Positions 49,302 through 59,879 are shown, counted from the first letter of the stretch. The stretch: 64,000 nucleotides of DNA from an uncultured Verrucomicrobiae bacterium (GCA_963765205.1 CAVXVB010000005.1:384001-448000); one strand, 5' to 3'. The notes: generated from the letters alone by a model not told the origin. Numbers and translations: made by a program.

Positions 49302-50987
49302 TCACGCATTCCACTGGCGGCGGCGGCAGCCCCACCAGACGAAGGCCGCGCCGGCGAGGGCGTGGAGTAGGAGGACGAGCATCGCCACTGACGAATCGGG
49401 GATGAGCGTGCCGGGGTTGGTGGCGGTGTAGGCGTCGTAGAGGTGTTCCGCCGCCATGGATTTGAAATAGCCGGCCCAGCCCCAATAGGCGTTGATGAAC
49501 GGGCGCAAGAACCACACCAGCCAGACCGGCAGCGCCAGCACCACGCCCGATAGCGGCAATTGGAAGCCCACCAGGTAAATCGCCAGCGTCGAGGCTTTTT
49601 CCGCCGAGGCCAGCCACGCCGAAAACGCCAGGCAGACCCACGTCATCGCCACGCAGACCAGCACCAGCGCCAGCGTTTGCGTGAACCAGGGGCCGGGGAA
49701 AACGGCGATGATTTTCACAAACGCCGTCATCCACGCGCCTTGAAAGGCCGCGAGCAGGCCGGTGAAAAAGAGTTTGGACGCCACATACGCGCCGGGCCGC
49801 AAGCCGGTCAGACGTTCCTTTTCATACAGCAGCCGTTCGCCGGCGATTTCGCGCGCGCCGTTGTTGGCGCCCATCAGCGTGAGCAAAATCACTTGAAACA
49901 TGATCAGGCTCGTCACCAGCGAGGAGGTGTGCGCCGCCGCGATCGCGTAGTCGAGTTGCTGCCGCACGGCCTCGACGCCTTCGGGGCGCAGCGGGGGCGC
50001 GGCGATTTGCGGCAGGCCGTTCAACGCGAAAATCACGACCATGACCGGAAAGCCGAAGGTGATGGCAAGCACGAGTGAAAGGTAGCCGTGGTCGCGGAAC
50101 AGCAGGCGCCCGCGCCGGCGCATAAGCGTGAGAAACTGGCTCAGGCCGTCCGGCCGGGTCGCCAAGGCCGCCGCGGCGCGCGGTTGTTCGGCCGGCGGCT
50201 CGTCTGGCGCGGGTTTCGCCGCTAGCGCCTGCGCCCAGCGTTCACGCCAGTAGGATTGGGGATGGGTATTGAGCGCATCGTAGAGTCGCAAAGCGTCCGG
50301 GATGGAAAAATAGACATACAATTCCTCGAGCGTGCCTTGAAAGACGACTTCGCCGGCGTTTAGAACGGTGATCCAGTCAAAATAATTCAGGTTGGCGAGA
50401 TTGTGGATGATGCACAGCAGGGTCTTGCCTTTTTTCCGGCACAGGTTGCGCAGCAGGTCGAGGATGGTGTTTTCCGAAAGCGGGTCGAGGCCCGAGGTTA
50501 CTTCGTCGCAAATGAAGGTGGGCGGATCCACCAGCAACTCGAGTCCGAGACCCAGCCGGCGCAATTGGCCGCCCGAGAGCGAATCGACCAGTTTGTGGCG
50601 GTGCTCGGCCAGGCCGATGACCCCGAGCACATAATCGAGCCGCCCGCCGCGCGCGCCGGTGTCGGCCAGAGTCAGTTCGAGTCCGTAGCGCAGACATTCC
50701 TCGACGGTGAGTTTCGGCTGGGCGATGCTGAATTGCGGGGCAAAAGCTACGCGCCCGAGCAAATCTTCGGGCCGCCGGATGCGTTCATCATTCAGCCACA
50801 CCTCGCCGTCCAGATCCACGGGCACCAACCCGAGCATCGCCTTGACTAGCATGGTCTTGCCGCAGCCCGACGGCCCGATGATGGCGTTCATGGCGCGCGG
50901 ATGGAATTCCACCGTCACGCCATGCAGAATCGGCGGTAGCGACGGGTCGCCCTTGGGCCGGACGGTCAGGTTGCGGCAACGCAGCAC
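49302..50987 (-). CDS. ABCG/White-like fused ABC transporter (ATPase + ABC-2 permease)
   Basis: GPSGCGKT, LSGGQ, CDEVTSGLDP; GANNGAREIAGERLLYEKER; about six TMs. Confidence 0.88.
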   Translation of the reverse strand: MLRCRNLTVRPKGDPSLPPILHGVTVEFHPRAMNAIIGPSGCGKTMLVKAMLGLVPVDLDGEVWLNDERIRRPEDLLGRVAFAPQFSIAQPKLTVEECLRYGLELTLADTGARGGRLDYVLGVIGLAEHRHKLVDSLSGGQLRRLGLGLELLVDPPTFICDEVTSGLDPLSENTILDLLRNLCRKKGKTLLCIIHNLANLNYFDWITVLNAGEVVFQGTLEELYVYFSIPDALRLYDALNTHPQSYWRERWAQALAAKPAPDEPPAEQPRAAAALATRPDGLSQFLTLMRRRGRLLFRDHGYLSLVLAITFGFPVMVVIFALNGLPQIAAPPLRPEGVEAVRQQLDYAIAAAHTSSLVTSLIMFQVILLTLMGANNGAREIAGERLLYEKERLTGLRPGAYVASKLFFTGLLAAFQGAWMTAFVKIIAVFPGPWFTQTLALVLVCVAMTWVCLAFSAWLASAEKASTLAIYLVGFQLPLSGVVLALPVWLVWFLRPFINAYWGWAGYFKSMAAEHLYDAYTATNPGTLIPDSSVAMLVLLLHALAGAAFVWWGCRRRQWNA

Positions 50988-51191
50988 GGATTTGTTCTAA
51001 CGATTTTGCGACATCATGCCACCGGAAAATTTTCCCCACTCACGGGCGCTCCGCCAGTGCCGGGCCCGAAAGAATTTAACGATTTTTTTGCGTGGACGCG
51101 GGCGCGGCAACGGATGTAATTCCTTGATAACCGGGGGCTTCCTTCAGGCCGGTAAAAGATATTGAAAAACATTGGGGCAAAAAAAAGGAGG

Positions 51192-51220
51192 TTGAAAATG
51201 GCTTATTTACCCCCTAGTAT
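51192..51220 (+). promoter_or_regulatory. Sigma70-type promoter of the pilin cassette
   Basis: TTGAAA-17 nt-TAGTAT preceded by an A-tract. Confidence 0.55.
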
Positions 51221-51315
51221 TAAAATCAGTCAAAAGCGAATTCAGCGCCTGAAGATGCGCCGGTTCGATTTTCCAGGCTTCCGCTCAGCTCCCCTATTCC
51301 GCCAAAAAGACGCCC

Positions 51316-52026
51316 ATGCTTTCGATGCCATCCAGGATCCCCACCCGCGCTGGCGCCACGCGGCCCGCGCTGCGCTGCGGCTTTACCTTGTTGGAGTGCA
51401 TCACCGCCATGTGCTGCTTCACGCTGTTGTCACTCGGTGTGTCGTCGGCTGTCATGCAAGCCACGCGGCTCGCGCAGCTCAATATCTTGCGCACGACCGC
51501 TTACACCGTTGCGCAGGGCTACATGGAGCAAATGTTCAGCATCAATGCGGCGAATATCGAAGCCGCTTCCGAGTCGTGGGTCACGAACCCCCCGCCGATC
51601 CCCACCGAAGCGGTCAACTCCCTCGCCGTCAACACCACCAGCATCGAGATCAGCGACCCGCTCTGGGTCAGCCCGATGGCCAGCACGGTTCCCGCGGGTA
51701 CGGCCAACGCGAATTTGACCGCGCGCACCGACGCCGGCTACACCAGCGACATGTGGAATAACAAGCAAGTCATGGTCAACCTCACCACCAGCGGCAATAC
51801 CACCACGCCCATTATCATGAATATGCGGCTGGATGTGACAGTTTCGCGCGCGTGGACACAGGTCACCAACGGCAATACCACCGTCTGGCAAGTCCCGCAA
51901 TCGCCCACCGAACCTGGCTATTTTCTGATTCGGATTGATTTCGAGTTCGAATCCAACGGCTACCTGGCGGCGGGTTGGCAGAACGGCACGCTCCGGATGG
52001 CCCGCAACGATGTCTCGGGACCGTGA
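51316..52026 (+). CDS. Type IV minor pilin / pseudopilin (PilV-like)
   Basis: Class III signal G|FTLLE followed by a hydrophobic helix; VAQGYMEQM. Confidence 0.8.
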   Translation: MLSMPSRIPTRAGATRPALRCGFTLLECITAMCCFTLLSLGVSSAVMQATRLAQLNILRTTAYTVAQGYMEQMFSINAANIEAASESWVTNPPPIPTEAVNSLAVNTTSIEISDPLWVSPMASTVPAGTANANLTARTDAGYTSDMWNNKQVMVNLTTSGNTTTPIIMNMRLDVTVSRAWTQVTNGNTTVWQVPQSPTEPGYFLIRIDFEFESNGYLAAGWQNGTLRMARNDVSGP

Positions 52027-52064
52027 AGCCTTCGCTCATTTTTTTGCAAACACGTCTCCGCTCG

Positions 52065-52823
52065 ATGAAACACTCCCGTCATTTTCCTCCGTCCCTGCGC
52101 CAGCGCTGCCGGGCGGGTTTCACGCTCGCCGAAATCGTCGTGTCCATGGGCGTGGCCATGCTGCTCATGGACATGGTCATGCAATACTACGTGGAAAACG
52201 GGCGGTATATGTATCTCAACGAGCAGCAGTTAACGATCAACAAGGACATGCGCGTGCTGACCGCGCAAATGTCCGACGACGCCCGCTACGCGAATTTTTT
52301 CGTGATGTATGCCAATTACACCGCGTGCACCAGTCCCAGCCAGGAGTTGCTCGAGGGCGATTCGGGAGACTATCTGGTGTTTGTCTTTTACGGCACCCCG
52401 GTGACGGGCGCGGCCATCAACGTCCGCCCCATCTCCGAACTCGTGGGCTACTTTCGCGAGCCTTACCAATCGAACCAACTTTACCTCGACCCGATCACGG
52501 GCGCGTCGGTGTCGCTTGAGCCGGTCCATCGCTTTGACCTCAGCGTGGCCAACGGCACCTTGGCGGCGAACCAGTATCTCGAGTCTGCCAATGTCCCGAC
52601 CGGGGGCACCACAACCACCCTCGAGGCGTTGCTGCCGGCCAACACCGCCACGGTGATCGCCTCCTTTCCCATTGTCGTGCAACTGGCCAACGGCCTGGCC
52701 GACGGCTGCCTGTTTCACGACTTCTGGGGCAAAAGCGTCATGATCAACGGGCAGATCGTGCAAGGCAGCAATTACGTCAGCGCCTCGGACACCTATAATT
52801 TCACCATTTCGCCGCGCGGCTGA
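52065..52823 (+). CDS. Type IV minor pilin / pseudopilin (PilW-like)
   Basis: G|FTLAEIVVSMGVAML; ends YNFTISPRG. Alternative GTG start at 52023 overlaps the upstream stop. Confidence 0.8.
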   Translation: MKHSRHFPPSLRQRCRAGFTLAEIVVSMGVAMLLMDMVMQYYVENGRYMYLNEQQLTINKDMRVLTAQMSDDARYANFFVMYANYTACTSPSQELLEGDSGDYLVFVFYGTPVTGAAINVRPISELVGYFREPYQSNQLYLDPITGASVSLEPVHRFDLSVANGTLAANQYLESANVPTGGTTTTLEALLPANTATVIASFPIVVQLANGLADGCLFHDFWGKSVMINGQIVQGSNYVSASDTYNFTISPRG

Positions 52824-52856
52824 CGGCCCGCGGCCCTTTTCCACCTGGACATCACC

Positions 52857-55751
52857 ATGAAAATCCTGCCCACTTGGATTGGCCGCGCGCGCGCGCGGCT
52901 GGGCCGCCTGCAGCGCGGTTCCATTCTGCTGCTCACCTTGTTCATCGCTTTCGGCTTGACCCTGATGATCGGCGTGCTCCTGCAGGCCACCGTCACCCAG
53001 GAACGGTTGAACCGGCGCTCCGTCCTGTCCCTCGAGGCGAAAGACGCGGTCGAAAGCGCCACCGAATACGTCATCTCCCAGCTCAAATTGAGCTTCGACA
53101 ACTACCCCTACATCACGGGCAATTATTTCGTCCAAAACCCGATCACCATCCCGGCCAACATCAGCTCCTGGCTCTTCAACGGCACGGATGTCGACCCGAA
53201 CAACGTCACTGTCACGGTCGGGATCGTGCCCAACTCGACCCCGATTTTTATTGATCCGACGAACCCGGCCAACGATTTCGACCCCGACGTGGGGCGCACC
53301 GTCGCCGCCACGGATGTTTACGTTTATGCCAGCGCCACCGCGCAGAATCAATTTGGCACCACCACCGCCTACGGCTCGCAGGCGCTCGAAGTGCGCAACA
53401 GTCCGCTGTTCACCAACGCGGTCTTTTACACCCTGGCCATGGAGTTTTTCCCCGGCCCGGCCATGACCATCAGCGGCCCGGTGCATACCAATGGCGACCT
53501 GTGGGTGGCGGCGGAAACCGGGCTGACTTTTCCAGCCCCGTCTCCGCCACCGGCAAGTTCCATGTGGGCTTCATGCCTTGGGCGAGCAATTGGTCGGCCA
53601 ACGAATCCGGCTATGACGGTCATGACGTTTACTTTCCCAATGGCACCGCCAATGGCAGCACCACGCCCCTCCGTTCGGGCGTGAGCAGCAGCAATTATGA
53701 TTCCAACACCAGCTATTGGGACAGCGCCCAAACCAATTACACGGGCCAGACCTACACCACCTGGCGGCAGATGGCGGCCCATCTGTGGGATGGCAATCTG
53801 CAGGACTCCGCCAACGAAGTGCCCGACGAGCAAGTCACCGGCTACAACGACACGCTTTACCATATCAATGGCACCAACCAAACTTTGAATTACGCCTACG
53901 CGATGATCGAGCCGGTCCAGCCCAGCACCTATCCCAACGGCACGGCCAACCCCTTCAACCTCGGCGCGGGCGAAGCGCAAAAATTTGAGACGCAGGCCGG
54001 CCTCATCGCCAAAGTGCTCACCACGGGCGCCGCCAACATCACCACCAACACGGTCGTCACCGGCAACGTCACCGGCAACAGCGTCGCCAACAACACCATC
54101 GTCAACACCAGCATCGCCGCCAATGAACTCAACATCAACGGGACAGTGGCCGGCATCTACAACGGTGGCAGTATTACCCTCGCTTCCGCTGGAAACATGA
54201 CGATTTCAGGAAATCTTCTCCTCGCTAATGGCACCGCGACCACTTTTTCGGGCAATCTGACCAATCCGGTCGCCGCCACCAATGCCTCCGCCTTCACCCT
54301 CGTCACCCAAAACCAGAATAATAGCACCATCCCCGCCAATGTCACCGGCAACAATCTCACCCAAAGCACCCTGATGGAAACCACGACCTCGTCCTATAGC
54401 AGCTCGACGCACAACACCACCATCACCACCACCCGTTATGTCGGCATGGCCTATGTGGAATTGGACGCCGTGCAATCAACGGTCAATAGCACCACCAACG
54501 CCTTGCAGCCGGTTTACAAGGCCGGCACCGCGATTACGGACTCTTCCGGCGTCGTCACGTATCCCGGCGATATCATCGAGCAGCCGTTGGCGGTGAATTC
54601 CTCGATGATTACGGGCACTTATAATGCCGCCACCGGGGACCGTCACCAACGGCGCCTTGCAAGGCATGCTGACCTTCAGCCCCGCCATCGGCAATATGAC
54701 CAACCAGTCCAGCTACTCCGGCAACATGAACGATATTTGGGGCGGCATGTATGACAATCGCCGCCAGGCGGCGGTTTCCATGGTCAATCTCGACGTGGGC
54801 GCGCTCAAGGCCGTGGTGGACAACAATGCCTCGGGTTATGCCAACACTTCGGCGGCCTTTTTCAACGGCACCGGCAGCGCCGCGTTCAACCCAGCGAACC
54901 AATACAATGGGGTGGTCTATGTCGAGTTCCCCTCGGAGCCCGGCAACCTCTCGCGCACGGACCCCGTCACTGCCAACGTCACCGCCAACGGCTCTGTCAA
55001 CGGCACCACCTATGCGGGCGATTGTGTCATTGATAGCGTGGGCGCCGGCAACACGACTTATGGCGTGGCCATGGGTCTGGGCATCGTCAACGCCACCTCG
55101 AACAGCACTTCGACGGGGGTGCCCAACCCCAATTACACCACGTCCACCATTGGCCAGGCCGGCCGGGTCAACGGCTTCACCCTCGCCACTAACAATGCCA
55201 TGTATATCTATGGCAATTTCAATGCCGACGGCAATCTGAACACGCCGGAAACCAACAGCACGGCGGACACGCTGTATAACTCCACCATGCCGGACGTGCC
55301 CAGCAACCCCGACCCGTCCTGTTGCCTGTCGGCGGATTGCGTCACCGCCCTGTCCGGCAGTTGGTCGAACCGCGGCAGTAAAACCATGGACACCGTGGCC
55401 AGTTCGGGCGCGGTGGAGATTAACACAGCCATCATTACGGGCATCGCGCCGACTTCCGGGAACACGCTCAGCGGCGGGGTGAACAATTACCCGCGTTTCC
55501 TGGAGCAATGGACGACCAACTCGGTCGTGTGCCGCTATCGCGGCTCGATGGTCTGCCTGTTCACCAGCGAAATCGGCAACCAGGGCTGGAGTAATTCCTA
55601 CTTTAGCGCGCCGGTCCGACAATGGGGCTATTACAATCAATTCAAGAATGGATATTATCCGCCCGGCACGCCCAATTCACGCTCCTATTTCCGCGTCAAC
55701 TTCAGTTACATCACCCAGACCCAGTATAATGCCGCAGTCAGCGGGCTTTGA
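52857..55751 (+). CDS. Large PilX-like minor pilin with HpsA-like C-terminal domain; frameshifts near 53530 and 54637
   Basis: RG|SILLLTL (no Glu5, PilX type), GPVHTNGDL, YIYGNFN, SGGVNNYPRFLEQW, YRGSMVCLF, YFSAPVRQWGY. Single-base indels in T4 and G4 runs join three ORFs. Confidence 0.75.
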
Positions 55752-55826
55752 ATCCAAGCCGCCGGACGCGGAGCGGAACGCGCGCGTTTGGCTTGCTCCG
55801 GGCTTGATCACGCCCACAATGTCCCC

Positions 55827-56714
55827 ATGTCGTTTTCGGGCAAAATTCACTTCACCTTGTCGTGCGCGCGTCCCGCGCTTCTTTGGCTGGCCTTTGGCTT
55901 GACGCCGCTGGCCCTGGCCGCCGCCGACCCGGCTATCCCAGCTTCGCCGCCGGCCGCCACCACGCCAGCCGCCAGCGCGCCGACCTCCAGCACGCCAGCC
56001 CCGGCTGCGGCAACCGCCCCCGCGCCACTCGTGATTCCGGATTCCGTGCCGGACAACGTCAACCCCTTTGCCGGTCCCGTTAAGCCGGTGCCCTTAAAGG
56101 TGCCCGCGCCCCTTACCTTGAACGTGGACATCAAGCACGCGACCTTCGACGGCTTCACCACCATGCAAATGTTTGTCAGCGGCCCGGATTTTAATTGGAT
56201 GTTTGACCCTTTGGACGACTGGATCCTGGCGCCCGTGGGCTATGGCGAATCCGTCGCCCTGGTTTATAAGCTCAAGCCGGAAGCCCGTTTGTCCCTGACT
56301 TTGTATCCGGCGGATTTAATGCCTGGCCTCACGCTGGCGGAGATTACGCAATACCTGGCCACCGTGCGTGAGCCGAACCCGGATGGGTTTATCCTCCTTT
56401 CCCCCATTCCCCAGGGGGGCGGCAATCTCGAGGTCACCTATTTTTCCAGCTTTCGCGGGCAGGGCGTGGCCTATGCCCTCGTGGGCTCGACGGTGCTCAT
56501 CCACCACCAATGGTTTGTGGACCTTAATAAAGAATATGTTTTGGTGATAGATTTGGCCTGTCCGCCGGCGCTGCTTGACCGGTTGGATCCCCAAGTGCGT
56601 TTCACCCTTGGGAGGAGCCGCGTCCTCAAGGGCTTGGGCATGGATGAGCCCAAGACGCCCGCCCCCGCGCCGCCCGCCGATTCCGGCACCGTGCCCGCCA
56701 AGACGACTCAATAA
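55827..56714 (+). CDS. Secreted hypothetical protein, possibly PsbP/DcrB-like fold
   Basis: Signal peptide, Pro/Ala linker, beta-rich domain ending VLVIDLACPPALLDRLDPQV. Fold is inferred. Confidence 0.55.
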   Translation: MSFSGKIHFTLSCARPALLWLAFGLTPLALAAADPAIPASPPAATTPAASAPTSSTPAPAAATAPAPLVIPDSVPDNVNPFAGPVKPVPLKVPAPLTLNVDIKHATFDGFTTMQMFVSGPDFNWMFDPLDDWILAPVGYGESVALVYKLKPEARLSLTLYPADLMPGLTLAEITQYLATVREPNPDGFILLSPIPQGGGNLEVTYFSSFRGQGVAYALVGSTVLIHHQWFVDLNKEYVLVIDLACPPALLDRLDPQVRFTLGRSRVLKGLGMDEPKTPAPAPPADSGTVPAKTTQ

Positions 56715-56721
56715 CGGCGCA

Positions 56722-56750
56722 TTGACGCGGGGCGCAGGGCGGGTTTTACT
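56722..56750 (+). promoter_or_regulatory. Sigma70-type promoter directly before the lpdA start
   Basis: TTGACG-17 nt-TTTACT-8 nt-ATG. Confidence 0.55.
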
Positions 56751-56758
56751 CGTCGCTT

Positions 56759-58162
56759 ATGTCCGAAGAAAACGTATATGATTTGGTGGTCATTGGCGGC
56801 GGGCCGGCCGGTTACGCGGGTGCCATCCGCGCCGGCCAGCTCGGCCGCAAAGTCGCCTGCATCGAGATGGAGCGCCCCGGCGGCACCTGCCTCAACTGGG
56901 GTTGCATCCCGACCAAGGCGCTGCTCAAGAGCGCCGAGCTTTACGAAACGATGCGCCATGCCGACGTCTTTGGTTTTCATTGCGAAAAGATCACGGTGGA
57001 TTTTGCCCAAGTCATGCTGCGCTCGCGGGTGGTGGCCGACCAGATGTCGAAGGGCATCGGGTTCCTGTTTAAAAAGAACAAAGTCGAGCACGTCATCGGC
57101 AAGGGTTGTGTCAATGTGCCTGGCTTGGTAGAAGTCACCTCCGGCGAAGCGAAGGGCTGCCTGCTCCAGGCGAAGAACATTCTCCTTGCCACCGGCTGCC
57201 GCGCCAAAGTATTGCCCGGCCTCACGCCCGACGGCGTGCGCGTGCTGACTTCCCTCGAGGCGCTCCAGCTCAAAAAAATGCCCGCCTCGATCATCATCCT
57301 CGGCGCGGGGGCCATCGGCGTCGAGTTCGCGTATTTCCTCAACGCCTTCGGCTGCAAGGTCACGCTCGTCGAGATGCTCCCGCGTATTTTGCCGGTCGAG
57401 GACGAGGAGGTTTCCGCCGGCCTTGAGCGGGCCTTCAAAAAACAGGGCATCGAATGCCGCACTGGTGTAAAGGCCGAAAATATCCGCGTCGAGTCCGCCG
57501 GCGTGAAAGTGGACTTGGTCTCAGGGCAGGGCGGGGCGCGCGCCACCGTGGCCGCCGAGGCGCTGCTCATCGCAGTCGGCGTCGCTGCGAACACGGACGG
57601 CCTCCTTAGTCCCAAGGTCAAACTCAAGATGGATCGCGGGTTTATCGTCGTGGATGGGCAGTATCAGGCCAGTGTCAAAGGCCTCTACGGCGCGGGTGAT
57701 GTCATCGGGCCGCCCTGGCTCGCACATGTGGCGACGTTTGAGGCCGTGCAGGCCGTCAACGGCATGTTTGGCCACGGCACGCCGCGCCGGGTCGAGCGTT
57801 TCCCCGGCTGCACTTACTGCCAGCCGCAAGTCGCCAGCATTGGCCTGACCGAGCGCGCCTGCCAGGACAAGGGCCTCAAATACCAAATCGGCAAATTCCC
57901 CTTCACCGCCTCCGGCAAAGCCGTCGCCGTGAACCACCCCGAAGGCTTTGTGAAAGTCATCGTGGATTCCGCCACCGGGGAAATTTTGGGCGCGCACATC
58001 CTCGGCGCCGACGCCACCGAACTCATCGCCGAATTCGGCCTCGCCATGGAACTCGAAGCCACCTGGGAGGAAATCCACGCCACCATCCACGCGCACCCCA
58101 CCCTCAGCGAAGCTGTCGGCGAAGCCGCCGCCGCGACCCATTCAGAAGCGATTCATATTTGA
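56759..58162 (+). CDS. lpdA: Dihydrolipoamide dehydrogenase
   Basis: GGGPAGY, GGTCLNWGCIPTK, GAGAIG, HAHPTLSE. Confidence 0.96.
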   Translation: MSEENVYDLVVIGGGPAGYAGAIRAGQLGRKVACIEMERPGGTCLNWGCIPTKALLKSAELYETMRHADVFGFHCEKITVDFAQVMLRSRVVADQMSKGIGFLFKKNKVEHVIGKGCVNVPGLVEVTSGEAKGCLLQAKNILLATGCRAKVLPGLTPDGVRVLTSLEALQLKKMPASIIILGAGAIGVEFAYFLNAFGCKVTLVEMLPRILPVEDEEVSAGLERAFKKQGIECRTGVKAENIRVESAGVKVDLVSGQGGARATVAAEALLIAVGVAANTDGLLSPKVKLKMDRGFIVVDGQYQASVKGLYGAGDVIGPPWLAHVATFEAVQAVNGMFGHGTPRRVERFPGCTYCQPQVASIGLTERACQDKGLKYQIGKFPFTASGKAVAVNHPEGFVKVIVDSATGEILGAHILGADATELIAEFGLAMELEATWEEIHATIHAHPTLSEAVGEAAAATHSEAIHI

Positions 58163-58294
58163 GCAGCGGGAACGAGCCGGATGCGGACGCGGGCCGATGC
58201 GCCGGCCTGGTCCGGGGGAAAAATTTGAAGAAATTAAATTTTGGGAGAAATAATTTGAACGGAACCGGCGGCTGCGCGTCTATACCATTCGCCC

Positions 58295-59769
58295 ATGAAA
58301 GATTTTTTGTTGCAGTGGCTGGGCCGCTTCGGCGGCCTGGCCGACGTCCAACCGCTCATCGCGCTGTTCCTCAGCGCCGCGCTACTTGCCGTTTTTTTGG
58401 CGGCATTGTTTGAGGCGCGCCCGGCGCCGGCGCCCGGCACCAGCCTGCTCTGGACGCTCTATCGCCAAACCACCAAACTCATATGGGCGATCCTGCTCGT
58501 TTTCCTGCTCATCGCGGCCCTCTCCCTGCTGAGAACGTATTTGCGGGAGAACGTGGACGGTTTCCGCAGCCAACATGGCCGTGTCACCCAGGCGAATTAC
58601 AACGCCGTCCAGACTATTTGGGGTTCCGAACAGCACCAAGGCGAATTGGGGGTAAGAATCTTTCATGACGAGGAAATCACCGAGCGCATCGAATCGGAGG
58701 ATTTGACCAAGCCGGCCCTGCTGCGGGAAAAGACGGTGCAGGTCAACGTGACAGGCAATCCGTATGTTTCTGAAAATCATACGGTTGCGCTGGTGCAAAA
58801 CCCGCGCCGGAAAGGCTCCGCTTTTTACGATGGCTACGAGACGGACTGCCAGTTTTCCTGGAAATTGCGCAATCCGGCGGACTCGGCGCAAAGCTGCACG
58901 CTGACTTTTCCGCTGCCCGCCGCCCAAGCCATGTATGACGGATTGAGCGCCACGTTGAATGGCGCGGACGTGTTGCCGCAAATGCAAATCAAGGACGCCA
59001 GCCTGGTCCTTGCGCTCGATTTGCAACCTGGCGAGGCGCTGGACTTCCGCATCGCATTCAAAAGCCGCGGGCTTTCGTTTTGGTATTTCCAAGTCTCCCA
59101 GCCGCGGGAGCTGCGCGATTTCACCCTGACCCTCAGCCTTCCTGGCTTGCCCGCCGCCAAGCTCAACTACCCCGACGGTTGCATGACCCCGACGGATATC
59201 AAGCCCACCACCGACGGCCAGGGCACGACTCTGGTTTATCACCTCGATCACGCGCTGTCCGACAAAGGCATGGGCATCGCCCTGCCCCAACTACCCCAGC
59301 CCGGGGAAGTTACTCGCGCGGTTTTGGACGAAACCGAACCGGCGTGGCTGCTGACCTTTGCCATGCTTGCGCTCGGCTTGACCCTGGCTGGCATTCGCCA
59401 AGCCGTCCTGTTGAGCATTCTCTTTGGCACGGCTACGGCGTTCGGCTATGGGCTGTTGGCGGATTTCAGCGACATTCTCTTTGGCTTTTGGGTACTGCCG
59501 CGATCATCTTGCTGCCGTTGTTCGTATTTCTGGCTTGGTTATTGCGCCGCGTGGCGCGTGCGGCCGGCGGGTTTCTGGCCGTTGAATTGCTGTTGCTCGG
59601 CTTGATCTACCCTTGTTCCGCCGGCCTTGATCCTTCCCACCAAACGCTCTACCTCGACTTGTTTGGCCTGCTGCTGCTGGCCTCGAACAGTTGGCTGTTG
59701 GTGCAACGTCTTGAGGTCTCGGCGCCCGCACCCATTCCGCCTGCCGCTGTCAAAACCGCTTTAGGATGA
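58295..59769 (+). CDS. CreD-like inner membrane protein; frameshift near 59491
   Basis: N-terminal TMs, VQTIWG, periplasmic beta domain, C-terminal multi-TM region continuing in ORF 59080-59769 after one G is added to TGG-GT. Confidence 0.55.
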
Positions 59770-59803
59770 TCCGCCGCCGCATCGGCCGCCAGCCCGAAAT
59801 TGA

Positions 59804-59867
59804 ACCACGGATGGCACGGATTTCACGGAGAACATTTCCCATCTGTGCTATCCGTGCCATCCGTGGT
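59804..59867. repeat. 9-mer (CACGGAT) tandem-repeat hairpin between convergent genes
   Basis: accacggatggcacggat / atccgtgccatccgtggt form a perfect 18-bp inverted repeat, each with a third degenerate unit. Confidence 0.8.
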
Positions 59868-59879
59868 AAAAAGCGCACC

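Noticed and set aside
51162..51315. Riboswitch in the pilin leader and ORF 51162-51761
   Set aside because: No recognisable aptamer consensus; the ORF overlaps the pilin gene out of frame and spans the promoter.
51316..55751. Verru_Chthon four-gene cassette
   Set aside because: Only three genes, with the large one last, and motifs fit PilV/PilW/PilX-HpsA-like better; an HMM check would settle it.
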